A stretch of DNA of 64,000 nt. Origin: the human T2T-CHM13v2.0 reference genome, Homo sapiens. Position 1 is the first letter of the stretch, and each line of letters starts with the position of its first letter. Positions 27,891 to 41,834 of the stretch are shown here, piece by piece. The stretch is taken from NCBI RefSeq assembly GCF_009914755.1, contig NC_060927.1, one strand, 5' to 3'. The notes beneath the pieces were generated by a model. The model ran no database searches, was not told where the DNA came from, and saw only the letters and a list, made by a program, of their open reading frames with translations. The position numbers and the translations under genes were made by a program.

Positions 27891-30800
27891 CTTTTTATCA
27901 ACTTTTATTTTAGATTTAGGGAGTATATGTACAGGTTTGTTACTCGGGTATACTGCAAGATGCTGAGGTTTGGGGTATAAATGATCCCATAACCCAGGCA
28001 TTAAGCATAGTACTCAGTAGTTATTCAACCTTTGTCCCCTTGCCTCCTTCCTCCCTAGTAGTCCCCAGTTTCTATTGTTGCCATCTTTATGTCCATGAGT
28101 ACTTGATGTTTAACTCCCACTTATAAGTGAGAACGTGCAGTATTTGGTTTTCTGTTAATGTGTTAATTCACTTAGGATAATGGCCTCCAGCTGCATCCAT
28201 GTTGCTGCAAAGGACATGGTTTCATTCTTTTTTATGGCTGTATATAGTATCCCATGGCTTTTACATACTAAGCGTTCTTCATCTAGTACACCATTAATGG
28301 GCACCTAGGTTGATTGCATGTCTTTGCTATGGTGAATACTGTTGCGATGAACATTTAAGTGTATGTGTCTTTTTGGTAAAACAATTTACATTCCTTTGGG
28401 TAATGGGATTGCTGGGTCAAATAGTAGTTATCTTTTAAATTCTTTGAGAAATCTCCAAACTGCTTTCCACAGAGGCTGACCTAATTTGTATTACCACCAA
28501 CAGTGTATAAGCGTTTCCATTTCTCCACAACCTCACTAGCATCTGTTGTGCTTTGACTTTTTAATAATAGCCATCCTGATTGGTGTAAGATGGCTTCTCA
28601 CTGTGGTTTTTATTTGCTTCTCTCTGATGATTATGTTTGTTGGACACTTGCATGTCTTCTTTCGAGAAGTGTCTGTTCATGTCTTTTGCCTAATTTTTCA
28701 TGGAGTTATTTGTTTTTCTGCTTGTTCAATGTTTAAGTTCCTGATAGATTCTGGATATTAGATCTTTGCTGGATGTGCAGTTTGCAAATATTTTCTCCCA
28801 TTCTGTAGATTGTTTGTTTCCTCTGTTAATAGTTTCTTCAGCTAAGCAGAAGAACTGTAGTTTAATTAGGTCCCACTTGTCAATTTTTGGTTTTGTTGCA
28901 ATTGATTCTGAGGACTTAGTCATAAATCCTTTCACAAGGCCAATGTCCAGCATGGTGTTTCCTAGATTTTCTTCTGGGATTCTTAGAGTTTGAGGTCTTA
29001 CATTTAAATATTTAATCCATCTTGAATTAAGCTTTATACATATAGTGAAATGTAAGTGTCTAGTTTCATTCTTCTGCATATGGCTAGCCAGTTATCCCAG
29101 CACCATTTATTAAATAGGAAGTTGTTTCCCCATTATTTACCTTTGTCAATTTTTCAAAGATCAGATGGCAATAGATGTGTGTATTTATTTCTGGGTTCTC
29201 TATTCTATTCCACTGGTCTATGTGTCTGTTTTTATACCAATACTATGCTGTTTTGTTTATTGTAGCCTTATAGCATAGTTTGACATCGGGTAATATGATG
29301 CCTCCAGGCTTGTTCTTTTTGCTTAGGATTGCTTATATGGTTTGGATGTTTGCTCCAAATCTTATGTTGAAATACGATTCCCAATGTTGGAGGTGGGGCC
29401 TGGTGGGCGGTAATTGGATCATGGGAATGGATCCTTCATGAATGGTTTAACACCATCCCCTTGCTGCTAAGTGAATTCTTGCTCAGTTAGCTCACATGAG
29501 ATCTGGTTGTTGAAAAAGAGTCTGGGCCCTCCTCCCAGTTCTTGCTCCAGCTTTTCATGTGATGTACCTGCTCCTGCTTTGCCTTCTGCTGTGACTGTAA
29601 GCTTCCTGAGGCCCTCACAAGAAGCTGAGCAGTTGTTGTTGCCATGCTTGTACAGCCTGCCAAACCATGAGCCAATTAAACTTCTTTTCTTTATGGAATA
29701 CCCAGCCTCAGGTATTACTCTATAGCAATGTGAGGACAGCCTATTACAATTGCTTTGGCTATTCAAGTTCTTTTTTGGTTCCATATGAAGTTTAGAAAAG
29801 TTTTTTCTAGTTCTGAGAAAACTGACATTGGTAGTTTGATAGGAATAGCATTGAATCTGCAAATTGCTTTAGGCAGTATGGCCATTTTAATAATGATTTG
29901 TCCACTCTATGAGCATGGAATGTTTTTTCCATTTGTTTATGTCATCTGTGATTTCTTTGAGCAGTGTTTTGCAGTTCTTCTCATAGAGATCTTTCACCTC
30001 CTTGGTTAGATGTATTCCTAGGTATTTTGTGTGTGTGTGTGGCTATTATAAATGAGATTGCATTCTTGATTTTGCTCTCAGCTTGAACACTATTGGTGTA
30101 TAGAAATGTTACTGATTTTATTACATTGATTTTGTATCCTGAAACTTTACTGAAGGTTTCAGAAGTCTTTTGGCAGTCGTTAGGGTTTTCTAGGTATAGA
30201 ATCATACCGTCAGTGAAGAGATATAGCTTGACTTCTTTTCCTGTTTAGTTGCCTTTTATTTCTTTCTCTTGCCTAATTGCTCTGGCTAGCACTTCCAGTA
30301 CTATGTTGAATACGAGTAATGAGAGTGAGCATCCTTGTCTTGTTTCAGTTCTCAAGGGGAATGTGTCCACTTTTTGCCCATTCAATGTGATGTTGGCCAT
30401 GGGTTTGTCATAGATGGCTCTTATTATTTTGAGGTATGTTGCTTCAATGCCTAATTTCTTGAGGGTTTTTATCATGAAGGGATGTTGGATTTTATCAAAA
30501 GCTTTTTCCACATCTATTGAGATTATCATATGGTTTTTGTTTTTAATTCTGTTTATGTGTTGATCACATTTATTGATTTGCATATATTGAACCAACTTTG
30601 CATTCTAAAAATGAAGCCTACTTGATTGTGGTGAGTTAATTGTTTGATGTTGTTGAATTTGGCTTGATAGTATTTTGTTGAGGATTTTTGCATCTACATT
30701 CATCAGGGATACTGCCCTGTAGTTTTCTTTTCTTGTGTCTTTGCCAGGTTTTGGTATCAGGGTGATACTGACTTTGTAGAATGAGTTAGGGAGGAGTCCG

Positions 30801-32435
30801 TGTTCCTTGCCTTTTTGCTATAGTTCCAGTAAAACTAGTACCAGCTCTTCTTTGTATGTTTGAAAGAATTCAACTGTGAACCCATCCAGTTCAAGGCTTT
30901 TTTTGGTTGGTAGGTTTTTTGTTACTTATTCAATTTTAGAACTCAATATTCGTCTTTTCCGTGTTTCTAAGTCTTCCTCATTGAATCTTGGGAGAGTGTG
31001 TGTTTCCACGAATTTACCCAGTTCCTCTAGATTTTCTAGTTTGTGTGCATTTAAGTGTTCATAATAGTCTCTGAGGATCTTCTGTATTTCTGTGGGATAA
31101 GTTGTATTGTCACCTTTGTCATTTCTGATTGAATTTATTTGGATCTTTTTTTCTTTGTTAATCTAGCTAATGGTCTATCAATCTGTCTGTTCAAAGAACC
31201 AATTTTTAGTTTCATTGATTCTTTGTATGCATTTTTGGGTCTCAATTGTGTTCAGTTCTGCTCTGTTTTTTTTATTTCTTTTCTCTGCTAGCTTTGGGGT
31301 AAGTTTGCTCTTGTTTTTCTAGTTTTTCTAGGTGTGATGTTAGATTGTTAATTTGAGATCCTTCTAACTTTTTGAGATAGGCACTTAGCACTACAAACTT
31401 TCCTCTTAACACTGCTTTTGCTCTGTCCCAGAGCTTTTGGTATCTTGTGTCTCTGTTTTCATGTAGTTCAAATAATTTTTATAGTTCTGCCTTAATTTCA
31501 CTGTTTACTCAAAAGTCATGCAGGAGCAAATTGTTTAATTTCCATGTAATTATGTGCTTTTGAGAGATCTTCTTGGTATTGATTTCTATTTTTATTCCAC
31601 AGTGATCCAAGAGTATGGTTACTATGATTTCAATTTTTCTGAATTTATTGAGACTCACCTTATGGCCGAGCATGTGGTTGATCTTGGAGTATGTTCCACG
31701 TGCAGGTGGGAAGAACATATATTCTGTGGTTGATGAGTGGAATATTCTGTAGATGTCTATTAGGTCCAATTGGTCAAGTGTTGTGTTTAAGTCCAGAATT
31801 TCTTTGTTAGTTTTCTGTCTCGATGATCTGTCTAATGCTCACAGTGGGGTTTTGAAGTCTCCCACTATTATTGTGTGTTGCTGTCGAAGTCTTTTCGTAA
31901 GTCTTACAAATTCATATTTTTGACTCTGAGTGCTCCAGTGTTGGGTACATACATTTTTAGGTTAGAAAAGTCTTTATCCTTTATCATTATGTAATGCCTT
32001 TCTTTGTCCTTTTTAACTGTTGTTGGTTTTAAAAGTCTGTTTTATCCAACATAAGAATAGTGACCCCTGCTCCTTTTTTGTTTGTTTGCTTTTTATTTGC
32101 ACAGTGGATCTTTCTCCAACTCTACTTGGAGCCTATGTGTGTTGTTACATGTGATGTGGGTCTCTTGAAGACAGCAGACAGATAAATCTTGTCTTTTGAT
32201 CCAACTTTTCACTCTGTGCCTTTTAAGTGGGGCATTTAGACTATTTACATTCAAGGTTAATATTGATATTTGAGGTTTTGATCCTGTAATGAAGTTGCTA
32301 GCTGGTTGCTTTGTAGTTTTGATTGTGTGGTTCCTTTATAGGGTCTATGGGCTATGTACTAAGTGTGTTTTTGTGGCAGCAGGTATCATTCTTTTGTATC
32401 CATATTTAGAATGCCCTTAAGAATCTCTTGTAAGC
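27891..32435 (-). mobile_element. 5'-truncated L1 (old L1PA/L1PB) with disrupted ORF2
   Basis: ORF2 remnants: reverse transcriptase ([34 protein letters not shown]), endonuclease (MDLIDIYRIFH...YSKINHMLGHK) and C-terminal region ([10 protein letters not shown]). Frameshifted. Confidence 0.95.
29333..29748 (+). mobile_element. MST (MSTA/MSTB) solo LTR nested in L1
   Basis: MST LTR with 5-bp TSD attgc (29328-29332, 29749-29753) splitting the L1 sequence ggattgctttggct. Confidence 0.92.
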
Positions 32436-32479
32436 CTTAAGTAAGCAAAGTTATTGATCATTTCCTTTATAATATTTTT

Positions 32480-33350
32480 CTTTATTTTTAATAACAGCTT
32501 TCATGAGCTATAATACACACACCATAAAATTCACCCTTTTAAAGAGTATAATTTAGAGGTTTCTGCAACCATCACTGCTATTTAATTCCAGAACATTTTC
32601 ATCACCCAAAATCCAGTACACATTAGCAGTAACTCTTCTTTCCTCCTTCCCCCTAGCTCCTGGCAATCACTAATCTACTTTCTGTCCCTAATTTGCCTAC
32701 ACTGGACATTTAATTAACAGTATCATATAATATGTGGCCTTTTCTGACTGACTTCTTCCATTTAGCATAATGTTTTCAAGGTTCATCCATGTTGTAGCCT
32801 ATATCAGTAATTTATTACTTTTTGTTGATGAATAATATTCTACTATGTGGATATACCATATTTTGTTTCTTCATATATCAGATGATAGACATTTGGGTTG
32901 TTTTAGCTTTTGCTATTATAAATAATGGTAGCGTGAACACTTGTGGATAGTGTTTTGTGCGGACATATATTTGCAATTCTGTTGGGTGTGTACCTACAAG
33001 TGAAATTTCTAGGTCATGTGGTAACTCTATGTTTAACATTTTGAGGAACTGCTAACAGTTTTCCAAAGAGGGCTGTACCATTTTATGTTCCCACCATCAA
33101 CATATGAGAATTCTAATTATTCACATCCTCCCCAACGCTCATTATTGTCTGTCTTTCTTATTTTAGCCATCCTAGTGTGGGAGAAGTTGTATTTAATGCT
33201 GGTTTTGATTGGCATTTCCCTAATGACGAATGATGTTCAGTATTTTTTATGTCCTTATTGGCCATTTGTATGTCTTCTTTGGAGAAATGTCTAATTAAAT
33301 CTTTTGCCCAGTTTTGTAATTCAGTTATCTTTTTATTGATGAATTATTTT
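32480..33350 (-). mobile_element. L1MB-type 3' end
   Basis: aacagcttt...accataaaattcacccttttaaag...ttccagaacattttcatcaccc...atgttttcaaggttcatccatgttgtagc. Confidence 0.85.
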
Positions 33351-33359
33351 TTCTTTATT

Positions 33360-35330
33360 TTTAAAGAAACGTTTTAATTAAAGTATTAATATAAGAAAGT
33401 ACACAAATCATAGTCTTTCAAAATGATGAATTGTGGTCAAGTGAACACACTTGGGCCAACCAGATCACAAAACAGAACATAATAGAAATAGAATATTACC
33501 TGTACTTCAGAAACCTCCTTCCTGGCCCTCCCAACCTTCACTTTTCCCTCCTCTTCTTCAAATTAACTACTATACAGATATCTAATACTATCAATTAGTT
33601 TAGCTTGTTTGGAGAACATATATTATATATGTTCTTTTGTGGCTGGCTTCTTCCAACATTATTTTGGGGATAGTATTCATTTACGCTATTGCATATGGCA
33701 ATAGCTTTTTTTTTATTATTATACTTTAAGTTTTAGGGTACATGTGCACAGTGTACAGGTTAGTTACATATGTATACATGTGCCATGCTGGTGTGCTGCA
33801 CCTATTAACTCGTCATCTAGCATTAGGTATATCTCCTAATGCTATCCCTCCCCCCTCCCCCCTGCATATGGCAATAGCTTGGTCCTTCTCATTGCCATAT
33901 AGCATTTCATTGTATGAATATTCCACTACTGTTTTATCCACCCTACTGCTGACAGCTGTTTCACTTGTTTAAAGTTTTTAGTTATTCTACATTTAGTTAT
34001 GTGTTATACCTTTTTATTTAAATTAGGTCTTTTATAGCTATTGTTAGACTTGCTCTTATATATTTGGGGTTTTTTAATACCAGTGTAAGTGATATTGTTT
34101 TCTCAATTTCATATCTTAATTGTTTATAACTAGTATGTACAAATAAGATTCATTTTAAAATACTGGCCAGCCATTTGGCTAAATTTATTTACTAATCTAA
34201 TATTGTATATATGGATTCACTGATATTTTCTACAGACTCGATTATGGTACTTGTGAACAAAAATGTTTTTTTTTTCTTTCTAATTTTTATACCTAGGATG
34301 TCCATAGCATTATCGAACAGAAGTGATGGTAACTGGCATTCTTGTCTTATTCCTTATATCATAGAGAAAGCTTTCAACATTTTACCATTGAACATGATAT
34401 TAGCTATAGCTTTCTTGTAACTATTCTTATTAGATTAAGAAAATCCTCTACTTCTGAGTTTCTGAAAAACATTTTTGGGGGCCATGGATGGATGTTGCAT
34501 TAATCAAATGCTTTTTCTGTACCTATGAATTATATTCATTTTCTCCTTTATCCTCTTAATATGGTGGATAACATGATTGATAGCCAAATATCAGTCCAAC
34601 TTTGCATTCCTAAAATAAACACAACTTGGTCATGTCATTTATTTGTCATTGAGTTCAATTCACTAGGATATTTTCTACCATCAGTGTTTACTCAGGAGAT
34701 TGCTTGTAATTTTCCTTTTTTGTAATATATTTGCTGGGTATGAATATCAAACATATGCTGGCCTCATAAAACAAGATGGGAAATGCTCCCTCTTTTTCTA
34801 TTCTAGAAGAGTTTCTGTATGATTGATTTCATTTCCTCTTCAAACATTTGGTACAATTCACTCAAAAAAGCCATCTGGGCCTCTAATTGTTTCTGTTTGG
34901 TTTGGGTTTTTAGGTTTTTGGTTTGGTGGTAAGATTTTAATTTATAGAATCATTTCCTTTAACATATAAGACTACTCAGATATTCTATTTCTTCTTAAGC
35001 AAGTTTTGACAAATTGTGTTTTTAAAAAGAATTTTTTCATTTATCTAAAATTTCAACTTTATTATCACAAAGTTGCTAATAAAATCCTCTCATATTTTAA
35101 TGTTAATAAGGTTTATAGTGATGCCCCACTTTCATCCCTGATATTGGTTATTTTTGCTGTCTCTACTCTTCTTGCTGATTCTAACCAGGATTTGTCATTT
35201 TTGTGAATCTCTTCAAAAAAACAGCATTTAGTTTTGGTGCTCCGCTCTAGTATATGTTTACCCTCTATTTATTTAATGTTAGCTTTTATGTTTATTATTT
35301 CTTTCTCTCCACCTTCTTTTTCTACTGGTT
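33360..35330 (-). mobile_element. Ancient L1M (L1ME-like) fragments
   Basis: Degenerate antisense L1 motifs (gaaagctttcaacattttaccatt, caaatgctttttctg, gctggcctcataaaa). Confidence 0.7.
33708..33862 (-). mobile_element. Young L1PA (PA2/PA3-like) 155-bp 3' fragment
   Basis: ttattatactttaagttttagggtacatgtgcac...catctagcattaggtatatctcc. 18-bp TSD tgcatatggcaatagctt (33690-33707, 33863-33880). Confidence 0.95.
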
Positions 35331-36489
35331 TAATGCGATCTACCACACCTTTTAAATTTACAATGTCTTCTCTCAATCAAACTGAATGATTTGCTCTGCC
35401 AAAGACACTCCTTATCCTTTCTAGACTCGTGGCTCTTATAGTTCCCACTGTTTATAAACCACATTCCCCTTTACCAAAATCATGCCAGTTTTCCAAGGCT
35501 TTCTCCAAATGCTACCTTCTCCAAAAAGCATTCTGTCTTCTTCTCTTATTTGATATCCTTTGACTCCTCATAGCTCATTTGCCCTTCTTAAGTCACTTTA
35601 TAACCTGGTTTATGTACTTCATTCCATTAGCTCCTTAAAGACTTAGAACTCAGTTTTTCCTGAAAGCCTCATCATGGTGCTGTACACAAAATAGTTGCTC
35701 AGTAAACACTGGTGTTTATTATGCAACTTCAGGAGTTAGATTCACAAAAACTAACCTGGGTAATAGCAGGAATTATTGACTGGCAACATTTAGTCAAACA
35801 TGTAGAGTCAAATATATCATAAGAAGAGTTTGGGGGGAAAGGGAAATAATTCTCATCTTCTAAAAAAAAATCTTACTTGCTTCTAAGTGACAACCATATA
35901 TCATCTAGAACTAACATTTGACTTGACCATCACTTAAAAATCACATTTTGCCCATTATTTAAGGCAAATAGTTAAATGGGATAAAGGGGTTTGTTGTTGT
36001 TTTATATTGGGGGGTCCAGTTGGAAAATGAGAAGATAGAGAAATTTCCCAAGAAAAAAAAGTAAGCTAAAGGATAATTCTAATATTGTAAATGCACACTG
36101 CACATCAAAACACACAGTCCTTTACAAGTTTGAACAAGTTATCACACCAGGCTGTTAAAAAAAGACTTCAGAGCAAGACTTAAAATGCAGGGGGAGAAAC
36201 AGGGCATATGTTGGCTGTAATGTACATATTTGGAGCCCTATTTGGAGCCATGATAACACATGCATGTAAAAAGGATGAGTTTTGCCTTTTAGCACAAAAT
36301 ACAGCTCTGCACCTTTCCAAAAATATCACATAAGCCACTCCATCTCTCATGAGCTGCCTCTACCCATTCTAGGATGCAAACCTCAATGCACAATTTCCAA
36401 AGTAAATGTTGAAAGAAAAAACGTTTGAACCTTTGGGCTATCTTTAGAAAAGGCAGAAAGAAGGAGTAAAGAGTGCAAGAGCTTTGAGG

Positions 36490-36625
36490 AGAAACTTATG
36501 TTCAAATCTCAGCTGCCAATCTGACTAGCTGCAGGACCATGGGCAGGTTGCTTATCCTCTCTAACCCGTAGCTTTCTCATCTGTGAATTGGGGATAACTC
36601 TGCCTATTCACAGGTTTATTGCACA
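36490..36625 (+). mobile_element. MIR
   Basis: gttcaaatctcagct...actagctg...gggcaggttgctta.cctctct...tttctcatctgtgaa.tggggataa. Confidence 0.7.
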
Positions 36626-37513
36626 TCAAGTGCTGTAGCCCTTATGTGTGGTAGTGATGTTGCTGTCATTGGGTATTACTGGGGGTGCAGGTGACATCGT
36701 TGTTGTTAGTGCTGTTATTGTTTTTAATAGCCACAAAAGGAGCAGGGGCATATTCTTAAGGCCTAAAAGCCATCATCATAATTGCTTTACTAGAAAAACT
36801 GGGATTGGCACAAATTTCATATGAACACAGCATCCTGGGAGAAGATGAATGAAATAAACCTAGGTAGGCCCTACAGTCAAAGAAGTGGCAGCTACTTCAT
36901 AGTGTCTCTGACCAGATTCCAGGACTCAGACAAGTTCATAATGGGTATTGGGTTGTGCTGAGTAGTCTAGGTTTGCCTTTGAACTCTCTCCCCTTTCCAG
37001 TTATATGAAACTTGGTAAAGTTGCGAAGTAGTAGTTCTTGACTTCACAGTGTTCCAGTACATCCCTTTCATATTCTGTGGAACTAAACAGGCTAAATTTG
37101 ACCAAATACCAAGATACCTTTTAAGTGAAACTTAACCCAGCTGCAGGTCAGCTCCATGCAGAACAACAGTTATCTGCCTGGGCACAAAGACAAAGTGAAG
37201 TCTTATTTTTATAACAAAAAATTAACCTCTGCATTAAAGTTGCACCTGAATGCAAAATCATATACTTTCACCAATAGTACCACTTATACTTCAGCAACTT
37301 AGTGGAGCTCAGTCTTGCTTTGCTTACTACTTATTTCCAATTAAAAAAAAAGCCTGGTGGGGACAAATGTCACTCAAGAGGAACAACTCAAGGCACACAA
37401 GTGCCCTCGCTGACCGTGGGACTGGAAAGCTAAATACCCACAATCCCCACTTCAATTACCACAGAAATACTGCTTTTAACTTCACATTATGCCTCTGGCT
37501 TCTTAATCCACTT

Positions 37514-37613
37514 TAGTTAACAAGTTCACCAAATCACCAAACTTTTACTAAAACCCTTACTAAAAACCTTTTACTAGTTAACAAGTTCACCAAACTTTTA
37601 CTAAAACCCTTAT
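37514..37613. repeat. Complex local tandem duplication
   Basis: tagttaacaagttcaccaaa...cttttactaaaaccctta occurs twice, with nested short duplications. Confidence 0.9.
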
Positions 37614-38968
37614 GTCACTCATATATGTCTTCTTTGATAAATTCTGCTGAAAACCTGATAGTTTCTGCTATACTAGCAAAATGTTTGTTTTTCCCAAAGA
37701 ATATCATTTAATGTTTTAAGCAAATGAACTCTAGAAAACTCTATGTATTTTCTTTTCAGCTTCAGCTGCTAAGTTTGGAGTGAAGCTTTATGTGTCATCT
37801 CAGTAATTATTATTACTCTAAGGGTTGTGTTTTTACATTTTTTAAAAAACACAACATTCTCCCTGCCCTTCCATTTGTGATAGTTGGAGTTGCTGTAGCC
37901 ATTTGCTCACAGGCAGGGAGAGGTTGCCTGAAAATAGAGCTCACATGAAGGAAGACAAGATAAGGGATGGAATGAGAGAAAATGGGATCTGCTAATATCT
38001 TTTGAGCCTCTGGATCAAGCTGTGCCTGAAGCAATACCCCTGTTTTTTTCCAGTAAATTTTTTTCCAATAAATTTCCTTTTGACTTCAGCCACTTTGAAA
38101 TAGATTTTCCTTCACTTAAAATTTCTAGCTAACAATGAAAAAGGGGGTTGAGATTATTTGACAAGAACTACCATTACTGTCATTCATTTTCTTAAAAAAA
38201 AAAAAAAAAATGGCTTTATGAATGACCCAAGAAAGTAAAACTTTTGGACATCATGTTTATGTCATGTCAAATTTATAATAAAAATAAGTTACACATTCTT
38301 TCAAAGAAATTAGCATTAAAGAAAGAAAAAAGAGAAAACAAGCCTTTCAACTGTCATTCTTATTGACAGTTATCCACAAGAGCAGAAAAGAGGAGCTTAG
38401 CAAAGAATCTTTAGACACAAAAGCAAGAGAAAGAGGAGCACTGCAATATCTACAAGAAACTAATTTTCCAAGAAACACACACAGTGTTCTAAGTGCAAAC
38501 TTGGAACATACCTGCCAGACCAAATCAGGATCAAAATTAAAACTTGAAGCTTCCTGCAAGAAGATAAATCACAAATAACTTTATTCACTTTGCTTCCTTT
38601 CATTTTTCATTAGGTAACTTCAGCCCCCAGGCTCAACTGGCTGCAGTGGATGTAATGTCTGCAAAAGAACTGCCCCCAGTTTGATGCAGGCAGATGATAT
38701 TTCCCAAGGTTCACCCCAGAAAAACATATTTTCACAACTCCAAAGTCCAGAGGGGGTACACAAAAATCTAGAACCAGACTGTGGATCTAAATAGTGCTTG
38801 AATTTAGGCAAGATTTCACAGACTTTCACAACAAATGTCTTTTGCGAGTTTATGCAAAGTGTGTATATGGGGACAATGGGGGTTGAAGCTCACCCTTAGT
38901 TCCTCTAAAAAGCAAGAAACAAATAGGGATAATCTCTGAGTCCAATTTAGTCTAAGAAATCTCTTCTG

Positions 38969-39453
<485 letters not shown>

Positions 39454-41834
39454 AAGAAATCTCTTCTTAATTTTAAATTCTATCAAGGCACTAGATGACA
39501 CTGATGTTTACCCAGGGCTAAAATACAACAGGGTCTCAAGTTCCACTCACTAGGCTTAAGGGTCAGTTCGATTTGGTAGTCAACTCTAAAGCCTGTACAA
39601 TATGAGCTTCCAATATTCCCACCAATTTCACAGGGGTGTAATGTACAAAATCAGATGAGATCACAGCCTCCAGCCTGAGCTATACACATGGCTGGGATGA
39701 CCCTCCACCAGCTGCCTCCCTAACTCAATTTAGGTATGTTGAGGATAGATGTTAATGGGACCCAGACTTCTCTGTTGACAAGACAGAAGGCAGTGCTTTT
39801 GTAAGTTAATAGGCATCCAAAAAGACAACAGAAAAACTTGAGGATCCGTTTCCGTTTCCTGAAAATTATATTGCTCTTCATTTGTCCTAAAAATACAAAT
39901 GCCTCATGCCTACAAATTAGCAACACTGGCATCCATGAAAGGAGAACTCTAGGCTCAATTTAGTGATAATAAGTAGAAATGAATTTGCCCTAGAATTCAA
40001 GTTTCTCTGCCTTCCCATGTAGATGACCTAAGTGAGTTTTTTATTTATAAATTTTTTTATAATAAAACATAATGCTAAAAACAACAAACTAGGATCAAAC
40101 AGATTTTTCTACTTTAAAAAGTCACAAAAAAAGGTACCAATTATCTTTGTATGGAGACATTTACCAGGAAACTACCCACCACATTAGAAGAGATGTTTCT
40201 CCTGTTTTTTCCAAAGGCCTTGGAAACTCGCTCTTTTTTTTTTTTTTCTTAAATGATAATTTGGAAATAGATTGTATATACATTCTCTTCTCCATTACTA
40301 TTTGTGCTGACTGGGAAGGTGGGTGTGGAGGTGGATGGAAGGGGGACTGAGTCACCCTTTGCAAAAAAAAAAAACAAAAAAAAAAACAAGTCTTTTGTCC
40401 TTTTGTCTTTTCATTTTTCCTCTTTTTTTTTTTTAAAGCCTTAACCAAGTATCAGGTTTGATTCCAATGTGAAGTGAGGATAAACTCTGAATTATGAACC
40501 ACTGGCCTACCATTCCCCAGTGTAGAATGTTCAGTTTCTTTTCAAAATGTTTAAATTATATAAGTTTAAAACAACTGATGAGCCAGGGTTAATAATTATT
40601 GTTTAATCCTATTGGCATTTGGTCCCTTCAAAGATATTTTTCAAACCCATATGCTACACATACATTATGAGTGGCTTGACTCATGTAACCTCATTTGGGG
40701 GACACATAGTTTTAAAGCAAATGACCTATATTATTTTCACAAAAATCCACTTGGATTAAGAAATTGTCATTGAATAAGAAAAACAATCCCTACTCAGATT
40801 GCACATGCCAAGAATTCAAGAGCTCGTATTAGTTTCTTTTCCCTCAAAATTTGGGAATTTGGGGGCAGATAATTCAAAATCATATGCTGCAAGAAGGATT
40901 GAGAAGATGCATTATCCTATCAGCAAGCTTTAGAATTCTCTTGCAGGCCCATGGTGACCAGCAAACTCCCTGAGTTTTACACTTGAGCGTGGAATTTTCA
41001 GATTGCAAACATCTTGATTATAAACTTGTTTCTTAATGGAACACATTAAATCAAGAATTATTTATTATTGAGATAAATACTTTACTATTTGCATCCTTCT
41101 GGCAAAAACTGTAAATAAAAAGATTTTAAATTTCTAGATACTAGCAAAGAAATGGAGTTTCATTTAGACCAGTTTCTTAATCATGGATCATGGCTTGGTC
41201 ATGCTCATTTACTTCATGATTCCTTAAACGCCCTAAATTCTCTCAGAAGGATTTTTCTATTCCTTTAAATAGTGTATCTCTATGCCTGCACAGCTAAATA
41301 GGATACTTTGCAAGTACTTAGTAAAGTGTTATTACTTCCAAACTTGGTTAGGAGAAAATACTGGGGTCTCAAGAAAGTATCATTTTTTGAAAAGTAAATT
41401 TTGCTGATAGCATTATTTTAATTATTAACAATACCACTGCATGTAAAATAACTTCCCTTTGCCAACTCTTAATTTCTCAAAGGTGCTTTTTATTGTGATG
41501 TGAATAGGAGGAAAAGAATTATTGTAGTTTAAAAATTTTACTTTTAAAACACACATAAAACCTCCCTAGGATTAGACATGCTTTGAAAAGGAACCCAGCT
41601 CCTTTCAGCCAATGGATTCTCGAGCCCTTTATTCTTTTGCCCAGAAAAGGCATCCTAATTAAAGGACCAATACATTAAATGTGCCCAGGAAGGTAAAAAA
41701 AATCCAGAAGTAAAGCATCCAGCAGGGTGCCTAGAGAAAAACACAAGGTTCATTTCATGTTTATATTAGGCACCACCAAGTTAGAACAAACTCCCAAGGC
41801 ATAACTGTTTCTGACAAAAGTGCACAGTTCCTAC

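Noticed and set aside
28726-31769. Reverse-transcriptase and endonuclease-like ORFs
   Set aside because: Frameshifted remnants of ordinary L1 ORF2, not a novel RT system.
40208-40226. tttccaa-aggcc-ttggaaa hairpin
   Set aside because: A 7-bp stem is expected by chance in 64 kb, and there is no miRNA- or snoRNA-like context.
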